From the IMG/VR virus record IMGVR_UViG_2541048004_000003, positions 1 through 64,000 of that record: a stretch of 64,000 nt of DNA. One strand, written 5' to 3'. Positions 1-9,253 of the stretch are shown one piece after another; the stretch's first letter is position 1, and each line of letters starts with the position of its first letter. The DNA comes from a virus (taxonomy: Duplodnaviria > Caudoviricetes). The notes beneath the pieces were generated by a model that searched no databases, was not told where the DNA came from, and was given only the letters and a program-made list of their open reading frames with translations. The translations under genes and the position numbers were made by a program.

Positions 1-118
1 CTTGTTTTTTTATTTATAATAGTTGCTATGGGTTTTGTGTCAATTTGTTTATTTACAGTTGTTAAATTTCTAATGGTTTGCAAAAATACGATTTATTTAC
101 GAAAAAAGAGATAGAACG

Positions 119-149
119 TTTGCATATTTAAAAAGGATTCGTACCTTTG
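119..149 (+). promoter_or_regulatory. Bacteroidota sigma-A promoter of the tRNA-Ser gene
   Basis: TTTG (119-122), 19-nt spacer, TACCTTTG (142-149) matches the -33/-7 consensus TTTG/TAnnTTTG, about 40 nt upstream of the tRNA. Confidence 0.8.
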
Positions 150-191
150 CACCGCTTTTGAAAGAAAGCGCTTCCGTGCCGGGAAGCTTTT

Positions 192-276
192 GGAGAGGTG
201 GCAGAGTGGTCGATTGCGGCGGTCTTGAAAACCGTTGTACCGCGAGGTACCCGGGGTTCGAATCCCTGTCTCTCCG
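192..276 (+). tRNA. tRNA-Ser (anticodon TGA)
   Basis: GGAGAG/CTCTCC acceptor stem, GGT in the D loop, anticodon arm GCGGT-CTTGAAA-ACCGT, long variable arm, GGTTCGAATCC T arm. Confidence 0.97.
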
Positions 277-277
277 C
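265..277 (+). repeat. attL core, 13 bp CCTGTCTCTCCGC (tRNA 3' end)
   Basis: Identical 13-mer at 46662-46674, just beyond the integrase gene. Confidence 0.92.
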
Positions 278-311
278 AATAAACCTTGAAAATCAAGGGT
301 TTGCAAAGTAA

Positions 312-332
312 GTACACGAAAATGTACACGAA
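312..332 (+). repeat. Integrase arm-type binding repeats, left (GTACACGAA x2)
   Basis: GTACACGAA at 312-320 and 324-332; the same motif occurs three times at 46508-46555 at the other prophage end. Confidence 0.7.
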
Positions 333-374
333 AACGCTTCAAAACAGATGTTTTGGGGCGTTTTTTAATTAGAA

Positions 375-419
375 AATGAAGAAGCCCGGCACTTACAATC
401 GTGTACGGGCTTCTTCATT
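375..419. terminator. Intrinsic terminator ending the late/lysis operon
   Basis: Perfect 14-bp inverted repeat AATGAAGAAGCCCG / CGGGCTTCTTCATT at the stop of the last lysis gene. Confidence 0.75.
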
Positions 420-966
420 ATTGCTTCACTAATCCGCAAAGCATCTTCTTTATCCAATTGATAATCGGCATTCGTTTGAAATACAATATACCTGTAAGCA
501 AGACGAGCGACAAGTAAAAGATATATCGCCACTTGTATGGGTCAGGGGCTGGTGCTACTTGCTTGTTCTGCTTCACATTCTCTTTCTGTAATGATGCTGA
601 TTGCTTTTGCTCCTTGCCATCGTGCTTCTCTTTACTTTCACCTTTTCTTTCGTCTTCGTGTTCAATTGCTGTTTGTTTTATATACTTAATCGGTTTTCCT
701 CGAATCGCTTCGATATTCAAAGTACCATCTCTTATAGAAAGACTTGCGATGACATCGCTTGTATCTAATTGTGAAAACTCAATTTCTGTGATAACCACAC
801 GCCCCCTTTCGTTTGTTGTGGTGTCAATTAGGCGTTCAACCTGCACGGCGGTTGTTGTCGCAATGCTGACAGAATCAACTTTGCTTACTGAAACATCAAC
901 AACCCTTTTTGTGCTGGAGCAAGCCGCAAACAACGCAGCTAACATAAGAAAAATAACGTTCTTCAT
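418..966 (-). CDS. Putative unimolecular spanin (lipoprotein with C-terminal TM helix)
   Basis: Lipobox LFAAC, beta-rich middle, C-terminal hydrophobic [18 protein letters not shown]; directly after the endolysin. Confidence 0.65.
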   Translation of the reverse strand: MKNVIFLMLAALFAACSSTKRVVDVSVSKVDSVSIATTTAVQVERLIDTTTNERGRVVITEIEFSQLDTSDVIASLSIRDGTLNIEAIRGKPIKYIKQTAIEHEDERKGESKEKHDGKEQKQSASLQKENVKQNKQVAPAPDPYKWRYIFYLSLVLLTGILYFKRMPIINWIKKMLCGLVKQ

Positions 967-1541
967 CGTGATAAACTTTTTATGTCTTCAAGACGGTTCA
1001 ACCAACCTTTAAGAAATCTCTTATTGGTATGCTTCATCAACTCCGCTTGTGTTGCCTTGCGCCCAATCCTTGCTTCATATCGCTTTACACTACCATCTGT
1101 AATATCTCGCAAGAATTGCTTTCGTGCATCGAACACAAGTTGAAAAAACTTGTCAGGGTCTTGTGCATTGAGTGCGTGAATCGTTTTTTCACCAACAATT
1201 CCGTCAACCTTAACACCGAGCAATCTTTGAGGAATAAAAATGCCGTGCGCCCCCGAACCCCATACCCAATCAACAAGGATATTTGCAACCTTTTGTGAGT
1301 TGATACTATCGGCTTTCCACCTATCCCAAAACATTGTTTTAAGAATATCAACCCATTCTTTTTCTGACAACTTTTTCAGCCTTTCAATAGTAGGTCTTGG
1401 GTATGCCTTTCGGCGGCAATACGCATCAAACGTTGCTATTGTTACGCCCATATTCGTTGCCCCTCCTCTGTCGGCTGGGTCGTTTACAAAACCGCCCTCC
1501 CACTTTTTGATATAGGGGGCTAATAATTCAACTTTCGCCAT
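963..1541 (-). CDS. Endolysin, glycoside hydrolase family 108 with peptidoglycan-binding C-terminus
   Basis: [22 protein letters not shown] motif; C-terminal FLKGWLNRL. Confidence 0.92.
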   Translation of the reverse strand: MAKVELLAPYIKKWEGGFVNDPADRGGATNMGVTIATFDAYCRRKAYPRPTIERLKKLSEKEWVDILKTMFWDRWKADSINSQKVANILVDWVWGSGAHGIFIPQRLLGVKVDGIVGEKTIHALNAQDPDKFFQLVFDARKQFLRDITDGSVKRYEARIGRKATQAELMKHTNKRFLKGWLNRLEDIKSLSR

Positions 1542-2043
1542 AATCTTTCCTTTCTTTTAGTTCGCTCAAATCAACATCAAAGTGCCGTTCGGTCTTATCT
1601 ACAAGTATGCGTTGTGCAATCTTTGCCCACTTTGCATCATTGCACGAACTTTCATTCTCTAACATCGACCAAACTTGCCAAAAGCACACCGCGCCTGCTA
1701 CAATGTTTGCCAACTTCACGGGCAATCCCTCGAATATGTAGGTTTCAATCAGAAATGCAAGTACAGTCAAGGCATACACCTTGATAAGCGTTACAAACAC
1801 TCTACCTGCATAATTAGACTTGAACTTTCCATCGTTAGCTCCGGGATATTTCTTCTTAACACGGCGTGATAACGACCAAGCCGTATAACAATCACACAGA
1901 ATGGCAATTGTGCAAATCACAATGAAAGGCAATGTCGGTTGCAGAAGCGCAACCAAAGCCCCAAATGTGCTTACACAATACTTGCCACAATGTGTGATGA
2001 ATGTTTTCAAAAGTTCATTCATAATCAAGTAAATTGAAAGCAT
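1528..2043 (-). CDS. Phage holin
   Basis: Several hydrophobic helices, SMLENESS motif and charged tail; immediately upstream of the endolysin. Confidence 0.75.
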   Translation of the reverse strand: MLSIYLIMNELLKTFITHCGKYCVSTFGALVALLQPTLPFIVICTIAILCDCYTAWSLSRRVKKKYPGANDGKFKSNYAGRVFVTLIKVYALTVLAFLIETYIFEGLPVKLANIVAGAVCFWQVWSMLENESSCNDAKWAKIAQRILVDKTERHFDVDLSELKERKDYGES

Positions 2044-2441
2044 TTACCGACCTTGACAATCGTAGTGTCCATTGGGTACAGCTTCAAAGGTTCAAGCCCT
2101 TGTTCCGCTCTCTTTTTATTGAGGATGGGCAAGTTCTCTTCTGCTTTCTGAATAGCTCCTATCAACACATCAGACCCGGTAAAGCAAGAACGCCTTTCGC
2201 CAATCGGTGTTCCTCCTATATCCTTTGTGTAGTAGTCGCCATCTTCATCTGCTTGCTCGTTAAATGTAGCAAGAACCACTTGCATCTGCATACGAAGATT
2301 AGACGAGTTTTTACCCGGAAACTTTGTTGGCTGAATTATTGTCTTCTCGATAAGAATACGGCGACCGAACAAGTCTTCCATATCAATCGACTTACCAACA
2401 ACAACGTCCGCTTCAATACCAAGTTCACTAAACTTTGCCAT
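2025..2441 (-). CDS. Hypothetical phage protein downstream of the DGR RT
   Basis: 138-aa ORF co-oriented and tightly packed with neighbours. Confidence 0.7.
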   Translation of the reverse strand: MAKFSELGIEADVVVGKSIDMEDLFGRRILIEKTIIQPTKFPGKNSSNLRMQMQVVLATFNEQADEDGDYYTKDIGGTPIGERRSCFTGSDVLIGAIQKAEENLPILNKKRAEQGLEPLKLYPMDTTIVKVGKCFQFT

Positions 2442-2453
2442 AAGTCTTACATT

Positions 2454-2840
2454 TTATTCTTTGATTTCGTTGTTCAACATTTCGTCCAAGTCTTCTGTGA
2501 AAAGAAGAAATTCCTTGTACTCTTCTACTGCTTGCTGGTTTTTCTTAACCCCAAGAATGTGCTTATTGTAGGCATTCACAATACCCAATTCCTCCGTTTC
2601 ATCAACAACCGAACGAATGATTGCCTTTTTCAAGGCACTTTTCGTCGGTTGCTCCCAAATACGGATTTCGCGACATTGCCAACCCACCTGCTTCTCTTCT
2701 CCGCTCTCTTCGTCTGTACCCATTTGCGGCTGAATGTTGTAACGATACAAAAATGAACCATCGTTGTCTTTTTGAATACAAGACGGCATACCTACTACCA
2801 TATCATAAAAGGCATTAGGAACGAGTGAATCTAATTTCAT
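2454..2840 (-). CDS. Hypothetical protein overlapping the 3' end of the DGR RT (not recognisably Avd)
   Basis: 128-aa ORF, 26-bp overlap with the RT stop region. Confidence 0.7.
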   Translation of the reverse strand: MKLDSLVPNAFYDMVVGMPSCIQKDNDGSFLYRYNIQPQMGTDEESGEEKQVGWQCREIRIWEQPTKSALKKAIIRSVVDETEELGIVNAYNKHILGVKKNQQAVEEYKEFLLFTEDLDEMLNNEIKE

Positions 2841-3834
2841 ACGGAATTTTGTTTTTTAGAGTTCTTACTAAATTGATTGAATCGCAATACTTACACCATC
2901 CCCACCAAGAAGCAATCTTTTGTTTATACTCCTTTTTAGTAGGCTTTTTCTTCCGTTTGTTCAGCTTTGCCACCCGGCGGCAAAGACTTTGCTTGATTGT
3001 TTTACGAAGAAGCGTGTGCGTGTGAAAGAAGACATATCCCAAGAAGTCAATACCTCTTGCTTCCACGGGGAATACTTGATAATTCCGCTTGACCTGCAAT
3101 TTCAAATTGTCGTGCAAGTAAGCCCGTATGCTATGCAGAAGACCGTGCAACACCTCCTTGTTAGGGGCAAGTATTACAATATCATCTGCATAACGCCAAT
3201 AATGCTTCACGCCCTTTTCTTCTTTCAACCAATGGTCAAAATAAGCCAAGTAGATATTGGCAAAGTATTGTGATAGATAATTACCGATAGGCACACCATT
3301 AGGCACTGAACTAATGATTTCATCAAGCAACCACAGCAAGCGTTTGTCTTTCAACTTTCGCCTTAACAACCGCTTCAATATCTCGTGGTCTATTGATGGA
3401 TAAAACTTGCGTACATCTATCTTCAAACAATAGCGTGTACCCTCGACATCATTCTTCAATGCAAACTTCACGTTTCTTGCTGCCGCGTGAATACCTCTTG
3501 TCTTGATACAAGAATATGTGTCCTTGACGAACAAGGAAACCCATATCGGTTCAAGAACATTCATTATAGCGTGATGAACGATTCTATCAGGATAATATGG
3601 CAATCGGTATATTTCACGTTGCTTTGGCTCGTATATCGTGAATACGTGGTATTTTGAAGTCTTGAACCTCTGACACTTCAAGTCCTCGTGTAGCGTCAAT
3701 AAGTTTTCTTCACGCCTTTTGTCGTGAATCTTGATACCATAAGAACCAGCCTTGCCTTTGCGCGCTCGTTCGTCTGCAAGCCGCAAGTTGTCAAGACTAA
3801 TGATGCTATCATATAAGTTTCCTATTCGCTTCAT
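2815..3834 (-). CDS. DGR reverse transcriptase
   Basis: PDRIVHHA, KIDVRKFYPSIDH, GVPIGNYLSQ (DGR-type motif 4), YADD catalytic motif, GIDFLGY; adjacent TR/VR pair. Confidence 0.97.
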   Translation of the reverse strand: MKRIGNLYDSIISLDNLRLADERARKGKAGSYGIKIHDKRREENLLTLHEDLKCQRFKTSKYHVFTIYEPKQREIYRLPYYPDRIVHHAIMNVLEPIWVSLFVKDTYSCIKTRGIHAAARNVKFALKNDVEGTRYCLKIDVRKFYPSIDHEILKRLLRRKLKDKRLLWLLDEIISSVPNGVPIGNYLSQYFANIYLAYFDHWLKEEKGVKHYWRYADDIVILAPNKEVLHGLLHSIRAYLHDNLKLQVKRNYQVFPVEARGIDFLGYVFFHTHTLLRKTIKQSLCRRVAKLNKRKKKPTKKEYKQKIASWWGWCKYCDSINLVRTLKNKIPYEIRFTRS

Positions 3835-3993
3835 TGACGTTTGCTTGTATATTTGGATTCTTCGGGGTTTTCCCTACCAAAACCGTTTTACTGATTCTAT
3901 TTTTTGCCCCTGAACTTGTCAAGACATACGATGTATATCACATCGTTTTTGTGGCAAGGTCTTCATTGCGTGAAATGTTGTTTTATACAAGAT
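3835..3993 (-). ncRNA. DGR RNA spacer between TR and RT (structured)
   Basis: Nested hairpin: ACGATGT/ACATCGT (3928-3946) inside TTGCC/GGCAA (3904-3908, 3953-3957); position where DGR cis-priming elements normally lie. Confidence 0.5.
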
Positions 3994-4103
3994 AAGCCGA
4001 GAACCGACATTCGCAAACGCAGTCGAAGCCGTCCAATTCGTATACGCGTACACGAAGCCTGCATTCGCACCATTATTCGCATTACCGCCGAACAAAAGGA
4101 CGC
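3994..4103 (-). repeat. DGR template repeat (TR)
   Basis: 110-bp near-copy of 4168-4277; all 10 differences are at TR adenines of the minus strand. Confidence 0.96.
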
Positions 4104-4152
4104 AACAATGAACAACCTTATTTTTCATCTTCTGTTTGCGTTCGATTTCGAT

Positions 4153-5451
4153 TTATGGGATAAAGCAAAGCCGAGAACCGACAGACGCAAACGCAGCCGA
4201 AGCCGCCCAATTCGCATACGCGTACACGAAGCCCGCAGCCGCACCATGATACGCATTACCGCCGAACAAAAGGACGCGCTCTGATACACCACTACCGGGT
4301 ATGTTAGTGTAGAAGTAATCACAGAAGTAAGTTGTTGAACCTGCACCGATATTCAAAGGCATTATTTCCCCGAACTCTCCAAGTACAAGTTCTTTTACAT
4401 ACCCCTCTTTTCGTGGTAAAACACCTCTGAACTCATAATCTGCAACGCCGTTACTATTCCATTTCTCCTTATCATTGCAAACGTAGAACTCCGAGCGTCC
4501 GCCGTCTGCATCTGATTGAATAAGACACTTTGCCCCATCTGTAATTGCCCAGCAATGTCCAAAGGGATTTTCAACACCTCTGTACGAAATAGCTTGCAGC
4601 GTTTGAGGTGCAAGGCTTCCATCATCAGATTTTGCGCAAACGTACTCAACATACCCCGACTTGTTACCAAGGCTATTTGTAATACCGCAAGGCACGGGTG
4701 GATAATACCCAAACTTATCCCAATTGCCTAAATCGGTAATTCCCTTACCAAGCCCACCTTGTCGATAGCCGTTATCGTCAAGACTTGCATTGAATGTATC
4801 TTGTGAATTGAAGTTGCAATACTCAACCGCAAAGAACCAAAACAATGCTTTTTGAACGTTATAGGTGTTGCAATTCCAATTTGCCGACCCTCTGTTTCGT
4901 GCATAAGTTCGGGCGTTTGTTGTGTTGAAGTTGGTTGCTGGTCTTCCGAGCTGTGAAGTAAACTTGTCGTCTTTTGACGCATCGTTATTTCCTCCACGAT
5001 AGTCGGCGGTTGCATTCACAACGCTTGAAAGTTTGCTTGTCGAACGTTGAATTGTAGCTTCATACGCTGAAACAAAACAACGCTCCCACCTTTGAAAGCC
5101 TGGCAACTCGTGTGTGGACATCAAAAAGCGTCGTTTGTTTCCATCTGCTTCAAATTTGACGTAACAAGTTGGAATTTCAACCATTACTTGTCCGTCTGTT
5201 CCGTCAAGTTTAGCTTCTGCCGAATTGTCCCTTTTTGTGCTATCATTTGCGTGAAGATAATAGGCGATTGTGCCGTTATCTCTAAGCACACAACGACGCA
5301 TCAATGATTGAACGGGTAATGATGCGTGAAGTTCCATTTTACCTATTCTTGTAGGCTTTGGATTTGACACCGTTACGTCCCATTCAATACCATAGAAGTA
5401 ATCATAAGGCGTTTGAGGGCGTGTTTGCCCTATTCCAAGAACGATTCCCAT
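4153..5451 (-). CDS. DGR target protein 1 (C-terminal CLec/FGE-type variable domain; probable tail adhesin)
   Basis: C-terminus LLFGGNAYHGAAAGFVYAYANWAASAAFASVGSRLCFIP contains VR1; YRGVENPFGH..GAK motif; located after the tail genes. Confidence 0.9.
   Translation of the reverse strand: MGIVLGIGQTRPQTPYDYFYGIEWDVTVSNPKPTRIGKMELHASLPVQSLMRRCVLRDNGTIAYYLHANDSTKRDNSAEAKLDGTDGQVMVEIPTCYVKFEADGNKRRFLMSTHELPGFQRWERCFVSAYEATIQRSTSKLSSVVNATADYRGGNNDASKDDKFTSQLGRPATNFNTTNARTYARNRGSANWNCNTYNVQKALFWFFAVEYCNFNSQDTFNASLDDNGYRQGGLGKGITDLGNWDKFGYYPPVPCGITNSLGNKSGYVEYVCAKSDDGSLAPQTLQAISYRGVENPFGHCWAITDGAKCLIQSDADGGRSEFYVCNDKEKWNSNGVADYEFRGVLPRKEGYVKELVLGEFGEIMPLNIGAGSTTYFCDYFYTNIPGSGVSERVLLFGGNAYHGAAAGFVYAYANWAASAAFASVGSRLCFIP
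4168..4277 (-). repeat. DGR variable repeat 1 (VR1)
   Basis: Differs from TR at TR positions 4010, 4011, 4023, 4032, 4041, 4060, 4064, 4065, 4074, 4077, all T on plus (A on coding strand). Confidence 0.96.
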
Positions 5452-5452
5452 A

Positions 5453-5728
5453 TTAGTAACCCCATTTTAAGTTAATACTTGACAGTGAAGTTTGCTTCAC
5501 CGCCTTAATAATTTCGGGATTCCAACCAACATCAAACTTGGTTGTAACGAAATCACCGTCTTGCATTCCCGCAAGCTGTACCGAAAGTTCAACGGCGTTT
5601 GTGCCGTCGTTTTTCAGATTGAAGCATTGACCATCAGGCAAACAAAAGGTACTATCTTGTAAACCCGTGATTGCTCCCATCTTTCCAATTTGTGAGGAAA
5701 CTTGTTCCCCTGAACGTGTTACTGACAT
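5453..5728 (-). CDS. Small hypothetical protein heading the DGR operon
   Basis: 91-aa ORF ending 1 nt before the target start; promoter-like element upstream. Confidence 0.7.
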   Translation of the reverse strand: MSVTRSGEQVSSQIGKMGAITGLQDSTFCLPDGQCFNLKNDGTNAVELSVQLAGMQDGDFVTTKFDVGWNPEIIKAVKQTSLSSINLKWGY

Positions 5729-5747
5729 AATCCGAATTTTAATTCTA

Positions 5748-5755
5748 CAAAGTTA
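5748..5755 (-). promoter_or_regulatory. -7 promoter element TAACTTTG upstream of the DGR cassette
   Basis: TAnnTTTG on the minus strand 20 nt upstream of ATG 5728; repeated phage motif next to it at 5766-5779. Confidence 0.55.
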
Positions 5756-5818
5756 TCACATAATGTATTACTATAAAACATTTTTGAATAAGTAAGATAT
5801 AACTTTTGAGCATACAAC

Positions 5819-8800
5819 CTATGTTGTGTATTGCTTGAACAATACGTGATACCCACCATTGTAGTACCTCAAACACAAAGAATCACCTTTCATCATATCT
5901 AACCCATCAATTGCTCCGCCATCATTATTATAGATTTGCGCACCATCACTTGAACGAATCTTGATACGATTTGGCATATTCCTATCACAGACAATTTCGA
6001 TATTAAAGATTACCTCCTTACCTCCCGTCCTTTTGTCAATGACAGACTTTGCTGGTAGGTTTACACCAAGGTAGCTTGTTTCGCATTTTGTGAAGTGAAA
6101 CTTGTGTGTTACATCATAATGTGATAAGATAATATCAGTAAAGGCTTCACCAATGTACCCTGTTTCATATTCACACCGTTTACCTATACCGTATATGTTA
6201 CCAACATATTCAATAGCTCGTTGAGGAAGCCAATGGTCAAAAGAGCCATCCCCGGAAACGCATTTTGCAAACAATGCAGAACCAATAACGTTTGTATCAT
6301 TGCTTGTCAGCTCGAAGAAAGCGGCGTTGCTATACCCAAGCCAATTCAAATCACCTATCGAAGCAAAGTGTGTTCCTCCGACCCCATACCCTCGAAACCG
6401 TATATTCCCATTAGTAAGAGAAAGACCAGTTGATTGGTCGTAACTATTCGTTGAGCCTATTCTGTAACTATTGATGTCAAAACCACCTATCTTTCCCGTT
6501 TGTGCATCAATAACCCCCGAAACATTCGCCTTTGTCATATAGGTAGTTCCGTCTTGCTGAACCCTAAACGGTGCATTTGCTCTATCATTGAACGCTGCAC
6601 CAGCCCAAAAGCGTATTGAATCGGCAACCGTTCCCTTACCGGTCATTCCTGCAAGAATTGAAGTGTTGTCGCCGGCAACTTGTATTGTCCCCGACGTTAC
6701 TAATCCACCATCAATAGTTGTCTTCGTGTTGTCATAAGACACACCAAGAACCCAATCGGCTTCGTTATACGTTCCTTGCAGTCTTGCAACCTTACATCTT
6801 CTCAAAACATTACCATCAAGCCACAAATCGCCTATATCGTAGGGTGTGTAAGGGGTATTTACGAACACACGACGTTTACCGTTAGCTGTTTCTTGTGCTT
6901 TTGAAGCATCGTCCAAAGCCTTGATTGCCGTTTTGTCCTCTATCAGCTCCCAAGCATACGTTGCAGAAAAGCGTTTCAGCTCCTTTGTTTTTGTATTAAA
7001 CCACAAGTCCCCGATGTGTTTTATTCTTTCGTCGTTTGTCTTCCAAATCAAAGACGGGCTTGTTTTCTGAAACCACGTTTCTATTTTTCCATCAATCTGA
7101 TTGTGAACATCTGTACTGAAATCTTCAAGGCTTTGCGGTTGTCCATTTGAAGTGAAGATAACGCGACCACCAATTTCTCCGTCGTCAAGGTCAAAATAAG
7201 TAGAGCCATCGGCACTCTCAATACGACCCGTCTTGATGAAACGCCCATTTATCATTGAAAACCCGTAAGACAAGGCAAGCGAACGTGCTTGCAAATCAGC
7301 ATCAACAGAATTGATAACACCAATCCAAAAATGATAGTTGCTTGCATCTTGGTCGGTCTTGATAGAATCCTTGCTAAATACAATCGTTGCTGCCGTTCCA
7401 GCCTTTGCACATTTAGCAAATATGTAATATGCCTTTCCATCTTCGGGTAATCCGGTTATCGAAGATGCAATAAACCACGTCCTTGGTTGCTCCTCGATTG
7501 TGTAATGCGTTAAAGAGCCAGCCGATACACGAACCATATTCTTTGCACCCTGATAGTTTGGTTCAAACACAACATTCTGCAAGGCAAACTGCATTGATTT
7601 AGCACCAACCGAAAGTGCAAGTGTGTCAATCGAATTAGGCTTAATCTTATCGGTGTAGTAATCCCCATCTGGGTCAAACACCATACCCATAACTTCACGA
7701 GAAGAACGCCAATTCGCTCTTGCCCTTGTTGGGTCTTTAAGATTGTGCGTTGTAGTAATCTTATCAATATCGATAAGTTCAGAAATAACCCTTGTTGTGA
7801 TATTATTTTCTGCCGTATCTGATATTGTCAAAGTGTAATCGTACACGTCAAGCAAGTTGCGTTGTAGTGATTGAATGCGTATTGCCTTGCTTACTCCTAT
7901 ATCATCATCATTGATATTGATATAGTCGCCGGGTGAAAACAAACTTGCTTCTACATCTTCACCAAACAACCTTTTAAGATATGATTTTGACACGCTCAAC
8001 CCATACTTTACCTTTGGCTGGCTGTTCTGTCTGTAATACTCATTTCCTTGCTCTTGTAGCTTCTGTTCTGCTTCTATTTGGTATTGTTCGGGCAATGTAA
8101 CATCAAGTATTTTGTATTCATCACCAACCGCAAATTGAAAAGCCAAAGAAGTTGCAGACGGGAATACGTCCCCGCGGTCGTCTGTTAGCTTCTTCAAGGT
8201 GAATGTTCTTGTTGGGTGGTCGTACTTGTGAATGTCAAATTCATACCCAGCAAGATTGCCCGTATTGAAATGTATCTTTGCACTTACCCCTGCAATAAGA
8301 TATTTCGTTGTTTTTCCATCTGCTTCTGTTGCATTCAGGTCAAACATAGAAGAATCTTTGAATTGCAGAACATCACTTGCAACAATTGACGATACCTTGC
8401 CTTTGAATGTTGGCTTGATGTCTTCAAAGATTTTTCGTGCTTCGTGTATTCCATACCTCTGCACGGCTTCTGCTTGCTCGATAAATGATTGCGCCTTGCT
8501 CTTGCCCGGCAAACACAGTCTGTTTGCCCGATACTTATTTGTTATGTTATCATCAGAACCGAACACTTTAAGACGTGTAACAATGTTGCTACTATCCACG
8601 TTCTGTCTGTCAAGGGCATACAATCCTTTCCCCTTTCCGAACTCAAAAACGAAAGGGTGTGTTATTCCAACTCGATTGAAGAAATCGATTGTACGAATAC
8701 CATTCAGTTCTGAAATACTTGCTTCTACATCGAACGTTTTACAAAGGTTTTGAAAGACCGCCAAACAATTGTCGCCATCTCCGAATGTCAATGTCTTATC

Positions 8801-9253
8801 TGCAATAGTATCAGGACAAGCCCCCAACTTCCACTTACCGGGAAATACTCTGTTTGCATTGGAGATAAGCACTCTTGCAAATCTCTTCAAGTTGCCAGTC
8901 AATGCGTCCCCCTGTACATCTTGAAGTGTATTGCCCGTTGTTTCAATTGTAACATCGTAGAATGCACGCAAAAGGTCATATTGTACGCCCTCAAAAGTCA
9001 ATTCATAGGCGTATTTGTGCATTCCGAGCTTTCGCACTCGTGGCAATTGATTCAGCTTGTATGTCCTGCCAAATACATTGAAATAGTCCCCTATTTCGTA
9101 ATGTTGAGGATAAGGGCTTTCAACGCTGATATTTACAACATCATCACCAAGCAAGCCCCACGATTGTCGGGCTTCCTTGATGTCTGTTGCTTCTCTCTTA
9201 ACGGCAAGCGGATATGTCGTGCCGTCCTTTCTTGTGATTATAATTTGTTCCAT
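5819..9253 (-). CDS. Large tail tip/baseplate hub protein
   Basis: 1144 aa after the Dit-like gene; same motif series as 51181-53964 (TRLxxxG, IFxDIxP, FxxGxLxG). Confidence 0.75.
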   Translation of the reverse strand: MEQIIITRKDGTTYPLAVKREATDIKEARQSWGLLGDDVVNISVESPYPQHYEIGDYFNVFGRTYKLNQLPRVRKLGMHKYAYELTFEGVQYDLLRAFYDVTIETTGNTLQDVQGDALTGNLKRFARVLISNANRVFPGKWKLGACPDTIADKTLTFGDGDNCLAVFQNLCKTFDVEASISELNGIRTIDFFNRVGITHPFVFEFGKGKGLYALDRQNVDSSNIVTRLKVFGSDDNITNKYRANRLCLPGKSKAQSFIEQAEAVQRYGIHEARKIFEDIKPTFKGKVSSIVASDVLQFKDSSMFDLNATEADGKTTKYLIAGVSAKIHFNTGNLAGYEFDIHKYDHPTRTFTLKKLTDDRGDVFPSATSLAFQFAVGDEYKILDVTLPEQYQIEAEQKLQEQGNEYYRQNSQPKVKYGLSVSKSYLKRLFGEDVEASLFSPGDYININDDDIGVSKAIRIQSLQRNLLDVYDYTLTISDTAENNITTRVISELIDIDKITTTHNLKDPTRARANWRSSREVMGMVFDPDGDYYTDKIKPNSIDTLALSVGAKSMQFALQNVVFEPNYQGAKNMVRVSAGSLTHYTIEEQPRTWFIASSITGLPEDGKAYYIFAKCAKAGTAATIVFSKDSIKTDQDASNYHFWIGVINSVDADLQARSLALSYGFSMINGRFIKTGRIESADGSTYFDLDDGEIGGRVIFTSNGQPQSLEDFSTDVHNQIDGKIETWFQKTSPSLIWKTNDERIKHIGDLWFNTKTKELKRFSATYAWELIEDKTAIKALDDASKAQETANGKRRVFVNTPYTPYDIGDLWLDGNVLRRCKVARLQGTYNEADWVLGVSYDNTKTTIDGGLVTSGTIQVAGDNTSILAGMTGKGTVADSIRFWAGAAFNDRANAPFRVQQDGTTYMTKANVSGVIDAQTGKIGGFDINSYRIGSTNSYDQSTGLSLTNGNIRFRGYGVGGTHFASIGDLNWLGYSNAAFFELTSNDTNVIGSALFAKCVSGDGSFDHWLPQRAIEYVGNIYGIGKRCEYETGYIGEAFTDIILSHYDVTHKFHFTKCETSYLGVNLPAKSVIDKRTGGKEVIFNIEIVCDRNMPNRIKIRSSDGAQIYNNDGGAIDGLDMMKGDSLCLRYYNGGYHVLFKQYTT

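Noticed and set aside
93-342. Minus-strand ORFs 93-329 and 97-342
   Set aside because: Antisense to the tRNA-Ser gene and its promoter; no protein motif.
2454-2840. 128-aa ORF as Avd
   Set aside because: Size fits, but it lies downstream of the RT and has a beta-rich N-half with no Avd-like motif I can recognise; left as unknown.
2815-3834. RT as group II intron, retron or Abi RT
   Set aside because: GxPIGNYLSQ motif, no maturase/endonuclease extension and an adjacent A-specific TR/VR pair identify a DGR RT.
3904-4284. Plus-strand ORF with a duplicated Arg-rich peptide (also 37822-38241 and 4125-4346)
   Set aside because: Shadow or alternative-frame translation of the TR/VR repeats, not a repeat protein.
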